Source: Chrysomallon squamiferum (lineage: Eukaryota; Animalia; Mollusca). Taken from it: a DNA stretch of 64,000 bases. Position 1 is the first letter of the stretch, and the number at the start of each line of letters is the position of its first letter. The translations under genes and the position numbers were made by a program. The stretch covers positions 35,154,001-35,218,000 of the forward strand of contig CM022671.1 of NCBI GenBank assembly GCA_012295275.1, given 5' to 3'. Below are positions 1-13,322 of the stretch, piece after piece. A model generated the notes under the pieces. The model saw nothing but the letters and a program-made list of their open reading frames with translations, had not been told where the DNA came from and made no database searches.

Positions 1-800
1 ACTGCAAGTGCAAATGAGTACAAATAAATGTTGTAGGACTGGTTTATAGGTTATAATATGTGTACAATTTATTTTTTTATCAAATTTTTTAAATAGAAAT
101 ATCTTATTTATTGCGATAAATAATTAAATAATTATACATTAAAAAAATAATAAACTAGTACGTAGCTAACAATGGTTGTGAAGAATAATTATTCAAATAC
201 TGACGTAAGTCTGTAATATGTAACATGTCAAAAGTAACTTAGAAACGTTACGTAATGAACGGTGTATTGAATAAAAATGCCACATAACAATAATGAATTT
301 ATTGTGACGTCATAGCAAAAGGTAGTTCTCTATTATTGTATGATAATGTGTCTTTACAATTAGTACAGGCTACTTTCTAACAATCAGTGACGTAAAACTT
401 ACAACATACGTCACAAAGACAAAAAACAAAACATAAGATTAACTCTCAACATAGAAAGGTCCTCCCACGCTTAACCTTTAAAAAAGGAGAGTAAACTTTA
501 ATTAAGACAAAAGTCAATATTTAAATTGTCTTCCAGAATGTTCCGAATATCGTCCAGTCCAGATTAGTTCGTCTGCAGCGGAAATCGAGACGGATATTGA
601 TCACATGACCTTGGCGCGCACTGCTCTGAAAACATTTACATACACCAGTCTGTGTTGACTACAGGAGACGTGAATGATGCCGTGTATTCATTCATCAGCC
701 TTGGTCATTCGCGATGAGTTACATTTGAAAAGTCATGACCTTTCATAATATGTAACCCAATGGTAAAAATAAATGCACGGAATAACTGGGGAATAACAAT

Positions 801-831
<31 letters not shown>

Positions 832-2155
832 ATTAAAATGAAACGACAAAAAGTCTCACTGATAAGCACGTATAAGTTCTTAAACTTGAAAATAAGTAAA
901 TCAGTTATTTTAAATAAGTTAATAATAAAATTAGAAATGAATTATTTCGTTATCGCCTTGCTTAACAACAACAACAACAACAACAACACATTTTAGCTGC
1001 AATGTGATTGTAATACATAATAATACACATACACACAAAAATACAAAACGTATTTTTTTTATTCAACTATTCTTTGAATCAGGTTTAAATAAAGAATCTT
1101 CAAAACTTTTTTCTTTCTTTTTACTGATTAGGCAAAACGAGAACTGAAGGTAAATTAAAACATAAATAACGGCTAACGAGCCTTTTAAAAGTTAATTTTT
1201 AAAGAACAGACAAAATAGATTTTTGGAATCCGCCTGCCTTTGTTAGCTGGCAGCCAAGTGAATTCCTGAAAGATTTAATCGGTAAGTTCGTCAAATGACG
1301 TATCAAAAATAACTAACTGATGCACGTTTCGCATTCTTTGGGATGAACAGTGTTTGTTCTTTTTACCACTGGCTAGAGAGTACAAAGATTAATTTTTCTA
1401 TCAGCTATTTTAAATATCTAACAACGTCATAAAACGTTGATCTGTTTATTCCATCAAAGACTTCTGTTTAGATTAATGTTTATTTTGTCTATAAACATGA
1501 CAAAATAAATTTGAAAACATTAAAGAAGGATTTTTTTTATAAGTACATAATTATCAACGGACACATTAACAAAGATTATGTCATATATGATTCTATTATT
1601 TTTATTTATTTTCTGAAATTTATCTATTACATTCTAAGTGTGTACCACAGAAATACAGAATGGATTCCTATAATTATAATAATTATCAGGCATCTCTCTC
1701 TCTCTCTCACAAACACACAAGAGAAAAAAAAAAAAAAAAAAGAAAAAAAAAAGGAGAAAAAGTAAAATGATCATGAAAGCAGTATGTAATTATTGCCGTA
1801 ACAGCATCAGATACACGTAACATCAGAGTTACCTTCGAGCTGCCAGATGTCGCTGTTTGTTACGTCATCTGCTTTGAAGATTCCGGCTGGATCACTCATT
1901 CAAACGATTCCGGTTTAGCATTGCGAAGAACATTTTTGTATGACTAGTCATTCAGGCCATAATGTAGTAATTAAACATTATTTTCTTTGTGTTTGTTACA
2001 TTATTTCAGATGCAGCATTCATATCATGTTAAACACGCGCTTAAGTATTCACAATGACCCAATAACTATTCGTAGATTTTTTTAAAAACAGCTTTTAGAG
2101 ATAATCTTATTCTGTGACCTTCAAAGAGGAAAAATATTTGCAATAAAAAGAAGTG

Positions 2156-2190
<35 letters not shown>

Positions 2191-2757
2191 CCAGTTGATG
2201 GATCGTTCATCAATGTTGATAACCACCATAATCTCGCGGGTCTTCAAAATATCGACTCAGGTTTTTATTTTTATTTTTTTTTTTTTTTTTTTCTTTTGTG
2301 CCTCTGGGAGTGTGGCGGTTTCGTTATTGCATTATAAAATAAAATGATTAGACAAAGCCAATATTATTTAAACAGTCAAGTAAAATTATATAAATAAAAC
2401 GTAATATATATGAGATTAACGACCATTAAAAGACAATTTAAAAAAAAATAAAAATAAAATAAAATAAAATAAAATAAAATAAAATAAAATAAAATAAAGT
2501 AATAAATTTAAAAAATAAAATAAAAGTAAATTTAAAAAATAATAATAACAAAAATTTTAAAACTAAAGTTAAAATAAAATCAATTTCATTAAAATATAGA
2601 TATAATAATACAACGTGGAATAAAAAATACAAAATATAATAATAATAATAAATACCAATAAAAAATTAAATCTTTTGGCATTAAAAATTACAAAGAAAAT
2701 AATTTCAACGACGATGTAAACGACAACGACGGCAATATCATCCGCAGCAACAAAATA

Positions 2758-2821
<64 letters not shown>

Positions 2822-2904
2822 GATACAACAACAAAAACACTTGTAGTAGTAATAGCAGTAGCAGCAGCAATAGTTAAAAACAGAATGAAAGAGAAAACAA
2901 AATA

Positions 2905-2935
<31 letters not shown>

Positions 2936-4614
2936 AAAATTTGTTGCATTTTAAAACATTACCACTACTGCTAAGTAATCATAACGAATTGCAGTTATCA
3001 TTTCGATCGCCCTCACATTTATTTCAACGGAAATTTAAAAAAAAAAACTAAAAAAAAAAAAACTCCGATTTATCAAAATCAAATAGGATGATGTTATTAT
3101 ACGGGTTACAAAACGGATGACACTTTCCTAATAACGAAATCAATTTAATCTGCACTAACACCGCAGTGCGGTGACAAAGATTTAAATGGATTGATTTACA
3201 AAAAACAGAAACATTTCCGGTGTCTGAGCGCAATCGCTCGCTGAAGCGGAAAGTTATTAAATTCAGAAGCAGATTTCGTTAAATAATTGTTTTGGGTTAT
3301 TATTACTAACATCACTCGAAGCATAAATATACAGTAGTAAGCTGGCATGATGCCAAAACCACCCCAACCCTTCCGTTCATAATAAAATTAAACGTAATAA
3401 TAATGGGTGTAGGAAATAATGGCATGGGGAAAAAAAAAAAAATGGCACCATATTTATTTCTGCTTTTAAAAAAAACCTCAGTTAAAAGTACGTTTGAAAA
3501 TACAATTTATTCATGCAGTATTGCTACGTACAGGTATATTAATATATAGCATCACTCAGCCACTTGGTTTAGCTTAACAATGTACAGTATTATATCGGAG
3601 TTTAATATTACAATTATCACATTATTATCACATTTAAAAATTCAGTATGCATAGCATCACTCATCCACTTGTGACCAGCTCCTTATGTATATATATGCAC
3701 AGTCATACATAATAGTATACATACATACATATATACATTTATGTTTGCACGCGTTCACTGATGCACGTTTTTTTTTAATGTATTTTTTATGTGCAATTAT
3801 GAATTGTTGTTTTAAGCAGGACTTCACCTACTACCAGTAACTACATGTCAATAAGCAATAATAATGTTTTTTTTTAGGTGCCATTTTTTCCGTACCCCAA
3901 TAATAAATTATATATATAATAGATACAATTTTATGTTCAGCACAATAGTTGGAACTGGAGATACAGACTTGTTTTTATGAAATACCGTGGTATGTACTTT
4001 CTTGTCTATGGGAAAAGCATAAGAACAAATAAATAAATAAAATACAATAATAATAATTATATGAAAGTGAATTTATTTTATTTTATTTTTTTATAAATTT
4101 CCATAATGCCAACTGATATGCATAAAGCGGGTTTCTCCTTCATTTCATCATCATTATATCTCAAATACTGACACCTAATAACGTATATGATGTAATACAA
4201 CTGAAAATTAATATCTATATTAACTGAAAATTCTACTTATTTAATACATATATATTTCTTTGCATCGGTGATGTCGCCATTTATATATGTATACAACAAT
4301 TATTATTATTGTTATTGTTATTATTATTATTGCTATTATCATGTTATTTAAACGTTATTAAATATGGGTGAATAAGAACAACAAAAATCATTTTAAACAA
4401 AATTTCATGTTTCAGTAACAGAAAAGTTTTATTTTTTATTTTCACCTGTATTCAAACACAGCGGTACATGTAGAAATTTAACAATTTGTTTTAGGCTCTT
4501 TCACCGTTCATTCATTCACATATATACGTACGTACGTCCGAATGCATGTCTTGTCTTTCCGAGTTGGAAAACCAGTCTAACATCCATTGTATTTTTTTCT
4601 TCTTCTTCTTATAG

Positions 4615-4798
4615 CTACACAACAACGCCAGTGATCTCAACCCGTCCGAGAGCTGGCTTTATCTACAGCTACCAAAGTTCTGTTCAATCATTTTCGCTTA
4701 TCAACATCAAAGGACGAAACGTTTACAAATTTAAAAAGGCTACTTTGAGCATAATGGGCCGACAAAACGGCCAGTTATTTGATCTCGGCGAGAACTAG
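4615..4798 (+). CDS. Possible terminal coding exon of an unidentified plus-strand gene
   Basis: A long polypyrimidine tract and TAG acceptor end at 4614. A 60-codon open frame follows (YTTTPVISTRPRAGFIYSYQSS...LFDLGEN*), with AATAAA about 10 nt after the stop. No family recognised. Weaker candidate upstream exons lie at ~1219-1281 and ~3941-3989. Confidence 0.25.
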
Positions 4799-5970
4799 GC
4801 TAAAAAATAAACACATTTACCGGTTTATGAAAGTTACATTTAAACGAAACAGCTATTTGTAAACGTACTTTTTTATGTACTGCAATAGGAACGGCGAAGG
4901 TTAAAATAAACAAATAACTGAATGGCTGTTTAACCACACCGTGATATCAGCTTTCAAAGAAAGGCTGAGGCTTTAGGGCATCATAAAAATAATAAATAAG
5001 CAAATGCATAAATAAATGGAGAATAAATACATAGATAACGACACCGCAACTCACATAATAACAGAAATTCTGAATAAACACGATAAATATAAATTTAAAA
5101 AAAAAACGAAATTACATCTGTAAATTGGAAACCTACTGATCGTAAAACTTATATATATAGATATTTAGATATCAATCACCTTTGAAACTATCGTAATAAA
5201 TTAAATTTACTTTGTTGTAAAAAAAAAAAAAAAAAAAATAAAAAAAAAATTTACCCTCTTAACAATTTACAGCTACTTAACTGTCTGAACTGCTGCAATA
5301 TTATTTCGTTAATTTTACGTCAAGTGTAATTATCAGTAGTATTTGTAGTCGCAGAGGATTGTAAAATAATCCCATCAAAATAATAGTTATGACGGCAATA
5401 AAAACACAAGTTAGTAATAGTTTGGATACAAAGTGCACGAGTTCTTAAATACAAAGTTATAATTTGTTTTAAAAAACTAACTACTCTGTGTTACTGTGTA
5501 GAACATCATGTGTTTAAACACTGCATTGTTAATAATTTTTTTTTTTTTTTGTATACATAAGAAATACTTTGTTATAATGAAATGGAGGGAAAAAAGAAAA
5601 AAAGTAACTGACGTTTTCACTTTTTTCTTCTCCCCCCCCCTAACGAATCACATTTAATAAGGATACTTAAAAAAAAAAAAAAAAAAATTAAAAAAAAATT
5701 AAATAAATAAATAAATCAGTAATATAATAAAAAGTAAATAAGTAAAACCAATACACAGAAATAATAATAACAAACCAACATTAAAACAACAACATCAAAA
5801 AAAAAAAAAAAAAAAAAAAAAAAGAAAAGGAAAGGAAACAACAAGGCTATAAAGAACATATTTATTGTTTTATGTAACACTTTTATCAGGTGACTCAGGT
5901 GTTTTTTTGTTTAATCTCAACCTGACAGGTCATCTTTGTAAAATTATTGTTCTACGTCCATGTTCTTATG

Positions 5971-8898
5971 TCAGGACCGCCAGCTGTGGAAAAAAAAAAA
6001 TAATAAAAAAATAAAAAAATTAAAAAGCTGGAACGAAGTAATAAATCAATGCTATAATGACAAACATTTAAAAAAGGAGTTTGGGGAAATCAATACTGTG
6101 ATGAAACGAGAAATGATAAAACTGTTTTGTTATAAATTATAAAACAATTATTTACTAATTCATCTGTCTCAGTTTAGACAAGTATATATAAATATATATA
6201 AATTAATATTAATAGCAAAAAAAAAAAAAAAAAAAAAAAAATAAAAAAAATAAAATAAAATAAATTTCAATAAATAAATATTTAAAACCCCAAAACAAAC
6301 AACAATAACAGTAAATAAAAAAAATAAGTAAATAAATAAAACAAAGTTCACACAAAGAGAGAAAAACGCATCCATTAGCTGATGCTCTGACAAAAAAAGG
6401 AGGAATGGCACACGAAGCAGCAGATAGGCATCAAGAACCGTAATGGCGTCCTGTCTGCGAGATCTCATCACAAGCGACTTTCACAATGTGGGTGGGCCGC
6501 AGCGCAGAGATAACTCTTACAGCAATATTGAGTTGCATCTTTTAGCGACGGCTCCCACATGCTGCCGTGGTTTCAAGGAAACACACAAACTGACACAGTT
6601 TACTTTCACTTACCGACTGATCTCACTGATACAGACCAACAGCAGAGCTGTGGTTAAACCTTTACAATGAAAACCGTTTGGTTCTGGGATCGATTGAGTC
6701 CTAGTGTCGGGGTTTTATCCAAAACTGGTTAGGTGTAAGGCTACAGGACTCTCTCTTTTCTGAAACTAGTTTTCTAACGTACTAACACAACAATTTTCTC
6801 TCCAAACAAACACAAATATAATAGCGTTTCATTTTACTCTAATACAAGTCTCTAATTTTCTAACATCTCAACAAAACATTCTATCTCTTTAAAAACACAC
6901 AGATATAACATATTTATTTTTATTATACCATCTAACATACTAACACAACGTCCTCTCTCTAAATAACATCGAATACAAGAAGAACCTTCTACATTACTTT
7001 CATCTTCTCTAACATACTAATACAATACTCTCCTCTTTAATAGCACCAAATAAAAAACCCTTTTATTTTACTCTAAAATAACTCTCTAATTCTCTGACAT
7101 ACTGACAAAACTCTTCTTTCTAGCAGTAACAATCTGTTTTCTCCAACACACCAACACAGCATTCTGCCCTTTCTCTTGTACTTTAAAAGCTGAAGACACC
7201 GAACTGCTTTAGCAGGAATTTTAATGTTTGCATGCATTTGTCCCCTTTCCCTTAATAATTACATTTATTTACTGATTTATTTTTTTAAAATTTTATTATA
7301 TATGTATTTTTATTTTTTATTTTGTATTAGGTTTACTGTTGATTCAGTTGGCAGTATATCCCTCAATAATTATGTGTGTGTTACTGATGTTTGGAATATT
7401 CAACCATGTTTTTGTTGGTATATTAAACGTTACTTATTCATCTGTTAAGTATTTTAGTTATTTTTACAAAATTTAACATGTCTGAATAATAGTTACTATG
7501 GAAACACACATCAAAACCTCCACGTGAACAAATATGTGGTAATCTGTCCACTGACCAGTTCAGTAATCTTTAACTCGTTAGCCTCGAGTAGTAAATTAAT
7601 GGAAGGGAAATAACTCCTAAAAATACGATTAGGCAAAAACATAACGGAGTTACTTCCCCTTATACTCCTTAGCTTGAGTACACATACACGCAGATTAGGG
7701 ATGTAAGCTAACGAACACAAGATCATTTGTTAACCAAATGTGAGAAGAGTATTTTCTTTCTATATATTTATGTCAGATCCTTCTTTGACTAGGGGGCTGT
7801 GGAACCTGGAAAGAATTTCTAAAAGAGTGGTGTCTGTAAAACAGAATGGCTGAGGGTGTCAACAAGCCTAGAGATGATTAGAGACGACATTTCAGTATAA
7901 ATAAAATTAATTAACGAAAAGTTACAGTCATCTGTGACAGAATACAATCAAGGCAGGATATTGTATGAAAGAAACAACAACACAACTTCAGGTCTGTCAT
8001 ACAGAAGTGTCACACAGTGAAATATTTACTAAAACTCACATCTTTAAAACTTTGTCTTTTCCACCACTCACAACCCTCTGTCCATCAGGACTCCAGTCTA
8101 CTGCATACACCTGGAACAAATCATAAACAACGATGATGATGATGATGATGATAAAACAGTGACAACAACAATTCTGGGCTACTTGTCAATAAAACACATG
8201 TACTGGTGTAAATCAGATAAACAAACTTTGTCCATATACTAAAAAGAAATTAAAAAAATTATCAGAATTTAAAAAAACAAAAAAACATCTGATGACTGAG
8301 AGGAGAAACTTTTATGAAACAGTGAGAGTGGGTTTCACCTCTGTTATTTAATATTTCACATGACACATCTCACGTGTTATCATCAGTGTTTAGAATAAAA
8401 ATGATTCTACATTTATAACCTTTAAGAATTACGAAGTTTGAGAAACCACTGTTTGTATAGTCTGTGATAATTATTGCTGCTATTGTTGTTATTAATGTTA
8501 TTATTATTGTTGTAGTTGTTGCTGTAGTTGTTATTACTACCATCATCATCTTCATCATCATCATCATATTATTTATTATTATTATTGTTGTTGTTGTTGT
8601 TGTTATTTTCACCAAACAACTGAATAGAACTTTTTGTTATTGTTATTGTTATTATTATTACTATTATTATTATTACCATTATCATTATTACTATTATTAT
8701 TATTATTACCATTATTATTATTATTATTATTACTATTATTACTATTATTACTACTATTACTATTATTATTATTATTATTATTGTTGTTGTTTTTATTACT
8801 ATTATTATTGTTATAATTATTATTGTTACTATTATTATTACTATTATTATTATTACTATTATTATTATTACTATTATTATTACTGTTGTTGTTATTAC

Positions 8899-8935
<37 letters not shown>

Positions 8936-8936
8936 G

Positions 8937-8976
<40 letters not shown>

Positions 8977-9642
8977 TATTGTTATTGTTATTATTATTAC
9001 TATTATTATTACTATTATTATTATTATTATTATTACTATTATTATTACTGTTATTATTATTATTACTATTACTATTATTATTGTTGTTATTATTTATTAT
9101 TATTATTATTACTATTATTATTATTACTGTTATTATTATTACTATTACTATTATTATTACTGTTATTATTATCATTATTATTATTACTATTACTATTATT
9201 ATTGTTGTTGTTATTACTATTATTATTATTATTACTATTATTATTATTACTGTTATTATTATTATTACTATTACTATTATTATTATTATTACTATTATTA
9301 TTACTGTTATTATTATCATTATTATTATTACTATTACTATTATTACTATTATTATTACTATTTTTTAAAATTATTATTATTAGTTATTATTGTTATTGTT
9401 GTTGTTACTATATTATTGTTGTTGTTGTTATTACTGTTATTATTACGTCACCTCGTCTGCATGTCCTGGCAGGTCAAACATGAGTTTTTTCTTGTGGATG
9501 TCCCACACTTTGAGAGTCGAGTCGGAACTTCCTGTGCAGACAAGTCTGCTGTCAGCGGACCACGACACCTGATACACTCGACTGACATGGCCTCGCAGCG
9601 TGGCGAGAAACCTGCAAACATTTTCAAATGTCTAAATACAGA

Positions 9643-9689
<47 letters not shown>

Positions 9690-9828
9690 GACAGACACAC
9701 ACACACACACACACACACAGAGACACACAGACACAGAGAGAGACAGACACACACACAGACAGACACACACACACAGACAGACAGAGACACACACAGTACA
9801 CACACACACACAGAGACACACACAGACA

Positions 9829-9873
<45 letters not shown>

Positions 9874-10127
9874 ACACAGTTATATGTCCATCACTGTTTA
9901 TAGACATACAGTTAATTGTGTTTGTGTACATCTCTCTCTCTCTGTGCATGTACACATTTGTGTGTGTATATCTATGTATATCAGTCAGTCAGTTAGTTGT
10001 CTATCTATCTGTATGTCTGCATGTGTGTATGTATTTAGGAAAGAATATTTTGCTGTTTAAATATAGATGAACCAAGCCCTTTAGTTACTGTATTTATTTT
10101 GTATGCAATGTGTGTGTGTGTCTGTTA

Positions 10128-10175
<48 letters not shown>

Positions 10176-11944
10176 TACATACATACATACATCTACACAC
10201 ACACACACATATATATACATATATATACACACACATACACAGAACACACACATACACATACACGTGTATTTTTTTAAAATAAATATAAGAAGACTGTATA
10301 TGATGCTCTAAGTCTGAGAACATGTTCGCCTACTTTCCAGTTTTCCCGTCCCACAGTTTGACAGATTTGTCGAACGATGCGCTGGCGATGAGGCGGGTGT
10401 CGGGGGAGAAGCAGACCTCGTTAATCAGCTGTTGGTGTCCGCTCATGCGGCACAGCGGCTTCTTCTCCTCTTCCGGTTTCCATAGAAACAGAGTGAAGTC
10501 ATCAGAGCCGGAAACCAGAATTTCAGCACCAGGACCCTGCAACACGAATGAACGAACGAACGAACGAACGAATGAATAAATAAATATATATAGAAGTAAA
10601 TAAAACAAACAAATAATAAATAAATTCCTATATATATATAAAAAATAAATAAATAAATAAAAAAAGAAAAATAAAACAAATAATAAATAAATCCCAAAAA
10701 TTGAAAAGAAAAAAGAAAAAATATATAAATACCCCCAAAATAAAAAAATATATATATATATATAAAATGAAAAGATAAAAAAGAAATCTCTCAACATATT
10801 TATTTATTAACAATTATTCTTAACAATCAAATGCTGTTTTTGTAATATCAGAAGCAAAGTAGCTCTTATTAAGTTAGCAGTATGTCATGTGTTACGTGCG
10901 CCGTCTTGCAGACAGGAAAGAATGAACAAGGTTATGATGTAATCTAGTATGTCTAGCTCCAGACATACAGCAACTGATCATAAACACTTGTTTACAATAA
11001 ATATGAACATGCAGTTTATTACACTGAATACAAATTAATGATTAAATATATTCACTTCTGTTTAGGTGCAGTCTGTTGATGAAATATATTCTGTTAACCC
11101 TTTTGATGCTGTTGGTGAGATATCTCAACATAATGTGCTAGGTTAAGTTAAAGTCCTAACATTTCGGTTGGGAGACATCACGATGCAGAAAAAGGCATTA
11201 TTTTCCATAGTATTTAATTTTTTTTGCGTTTTATATACAAAAATACCTGGCTACTGAAGTTTGCCTTGCTTTAATAAGACATCAGACTGCATAAATATTA
11301 TTACTATTATTTCAGTTTGGCACAAACATAATTCAGAATAGCTAAAATTGACTACACATCTTTCTAGCAGTAATCGCTGTTGGTGACTTAATGTGCCCTA
11401 AGTTGAAACTGGTCATTTACCTTGGCTGTGTTGTATCTCTCTAGAGCTTTCTTTGACAGCTCAGCTGCTGCAAACAGAAAAATAAAACTTTAATTAATAA
11501 CTCATTAAAATAAAACTGTTTTCCTTTTACTTCTGGTAGGTATTCCATTATTACTAGAACAAAGCTATTCACTGCTTGCTTGTGGAAAAGAGAAAACAGA
11601 AAAGAAAATGTCAGACAATTACTTAGGTGGGGTTTATTTTTTTTACTTAACATTAAAACAATTTTCTATTTATAGCCAATTCCAACCATTGCTCTATCAC
11701 CACCATATACTTAAATTATTGTAGAAAAGGGAAAAATAAAGAAATTTTCTATAAACATGTAAGTATATAACAACAGATATCTTTGTAAATGTTGATTATT
11801 GTTGTTTTTGTTCTTAGCAATTAATAAGGACAACTGAAACTAGAAAAAACTTGCTTTCATGCATTATTCCATAAATATTTACTAGTAAACCAGTAAAAAA
11901 AAATACATCCTTTTCAGTAATAACAATAATTTTAATAATAATAA

Positions 11945-11979
<35 letters not shown>

Positions 11980-12362
11980 AAACAATATTAAAAATATGAA
12001 ATAAATTAAATGAAAAAAAAATAAATAAATAAAATAAAATAAAATGAAAAATAAATAAAAATAAATTAAAAATAAACCAACAAACAATCATTAAACCCAT
12101 TTTGAAAACAACAACAAAAGGAGTATGTAATATGAGAAGTGTGCTTGCTGTTTCCAAGGCTTACCTAACACTGATATTGTGATAAGATTACGAGATTGAA
12201 ATAAACCTGACCTCGCAAACAATAACATCAGTCCACAGTCTGCCAATGTTTTTAAACCTCTCACCCAGTGCAAACACAAATCAATGTTAGCTGTATTGAC
12301 TGACTTATCTTTTAACACAGCTAAACAGTCTTGTTCTACAAACAGGTACGCAACTTTTACCT

Positions 12363-12395
<33 letters not shown>

Positions 12396-12735
12396 GTAGT
12401 AGTAGTAGTAGTAGTAGTAATAATAGCAGTAGCAGTAGCAGTAGTAGCAGTAACAGTACTAGTGATAATAATAATAATAATACTACCAGTAGTAGTAATA
12501 TTAGTAATAATAACAATAATAGTAATAATAGTAATATGCAACTTAACCATTATATCTTTAATAATAATAATAATAATCATAATAATGTAGTAGTAGTAGT
12601 AATAGTAGCAGTAGCAGTCATAGCAGTAACAGTAACAGCAACAGCAACAGTACTAGTAATAATAATAATACTACCAGTAGTAGTAATGTTAGTAATAATA
12701 ATAGTAATATGCAACTTAACCATTATATCTTTAAC

Positions 12736-12769
<34 letters not shown>

Positions 12770-13282
12770 GTAGAAGTAGTAATAGCAGTAGCAGTAGTAG
12801 CAGTAACAGTAACAGTACTAGTTATAATAATAATACAACCAGTAGTAGTAATATTAGTAATAATAACAATAATAGTAATAATAATAGTAATACACAACTT
12901 AACCATTGTACCTTTAATAATAATAATAATATCAGTAGTAGTACTAATATTAGTAATAATAATAGTAATAGTAATAATAATAATAGTAATAATAATAACA
13001 ACAATAATAGTAATAACTGTGAATTTAATAATAATGATGAAGATGATTACAATTATTATTAATTAACATTAGCAAACTATTCATTTTAATTTTTGATAGT
13101 ATAAAAAATTTAAATACATTCTTAAACATGAAATGTCAATACTTTTATGATTTATCAAAGATGAAATTTTGTCTTAAACATTTTGAACAAATATACTTTT
13201 AACATGTTGTAACAGAAATGAGCAATAAATAGATATATATACCTACTTTTATATTTCTTGTGTAAATTTTGCAACCATATTC

Positions 13283-13322
<40 letters not shown>

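Noticed and set aside
6353-6760. 7SK, RNase P/MRP, U3, plain box C/D snoRNA or hammerhead identity for the structured island
   Set aside because: GAUC pairs, GAAAGUC and GUGAUGA are present, but the partner motifs (7SK termini, CR-V, a terminal CUGA, hammerhead stems) were not found in the right places.
7511-7523. WRF* as the last NLE1 exon
   Set aside because: It has no AG acceptor. 5983-5971 has a proper polypyrimidine-CAG acceptor and completes the frame as WRS*.
8464-9483. 339-aa and overlapping poly-Tyr/Leu/Ile/Asn ORFs (likewise 2569-2949, 12284-13066, 58103-58755)
   Set aside because: They are translations of trinucleotide microsatellites in intronic or intergenic DNA.
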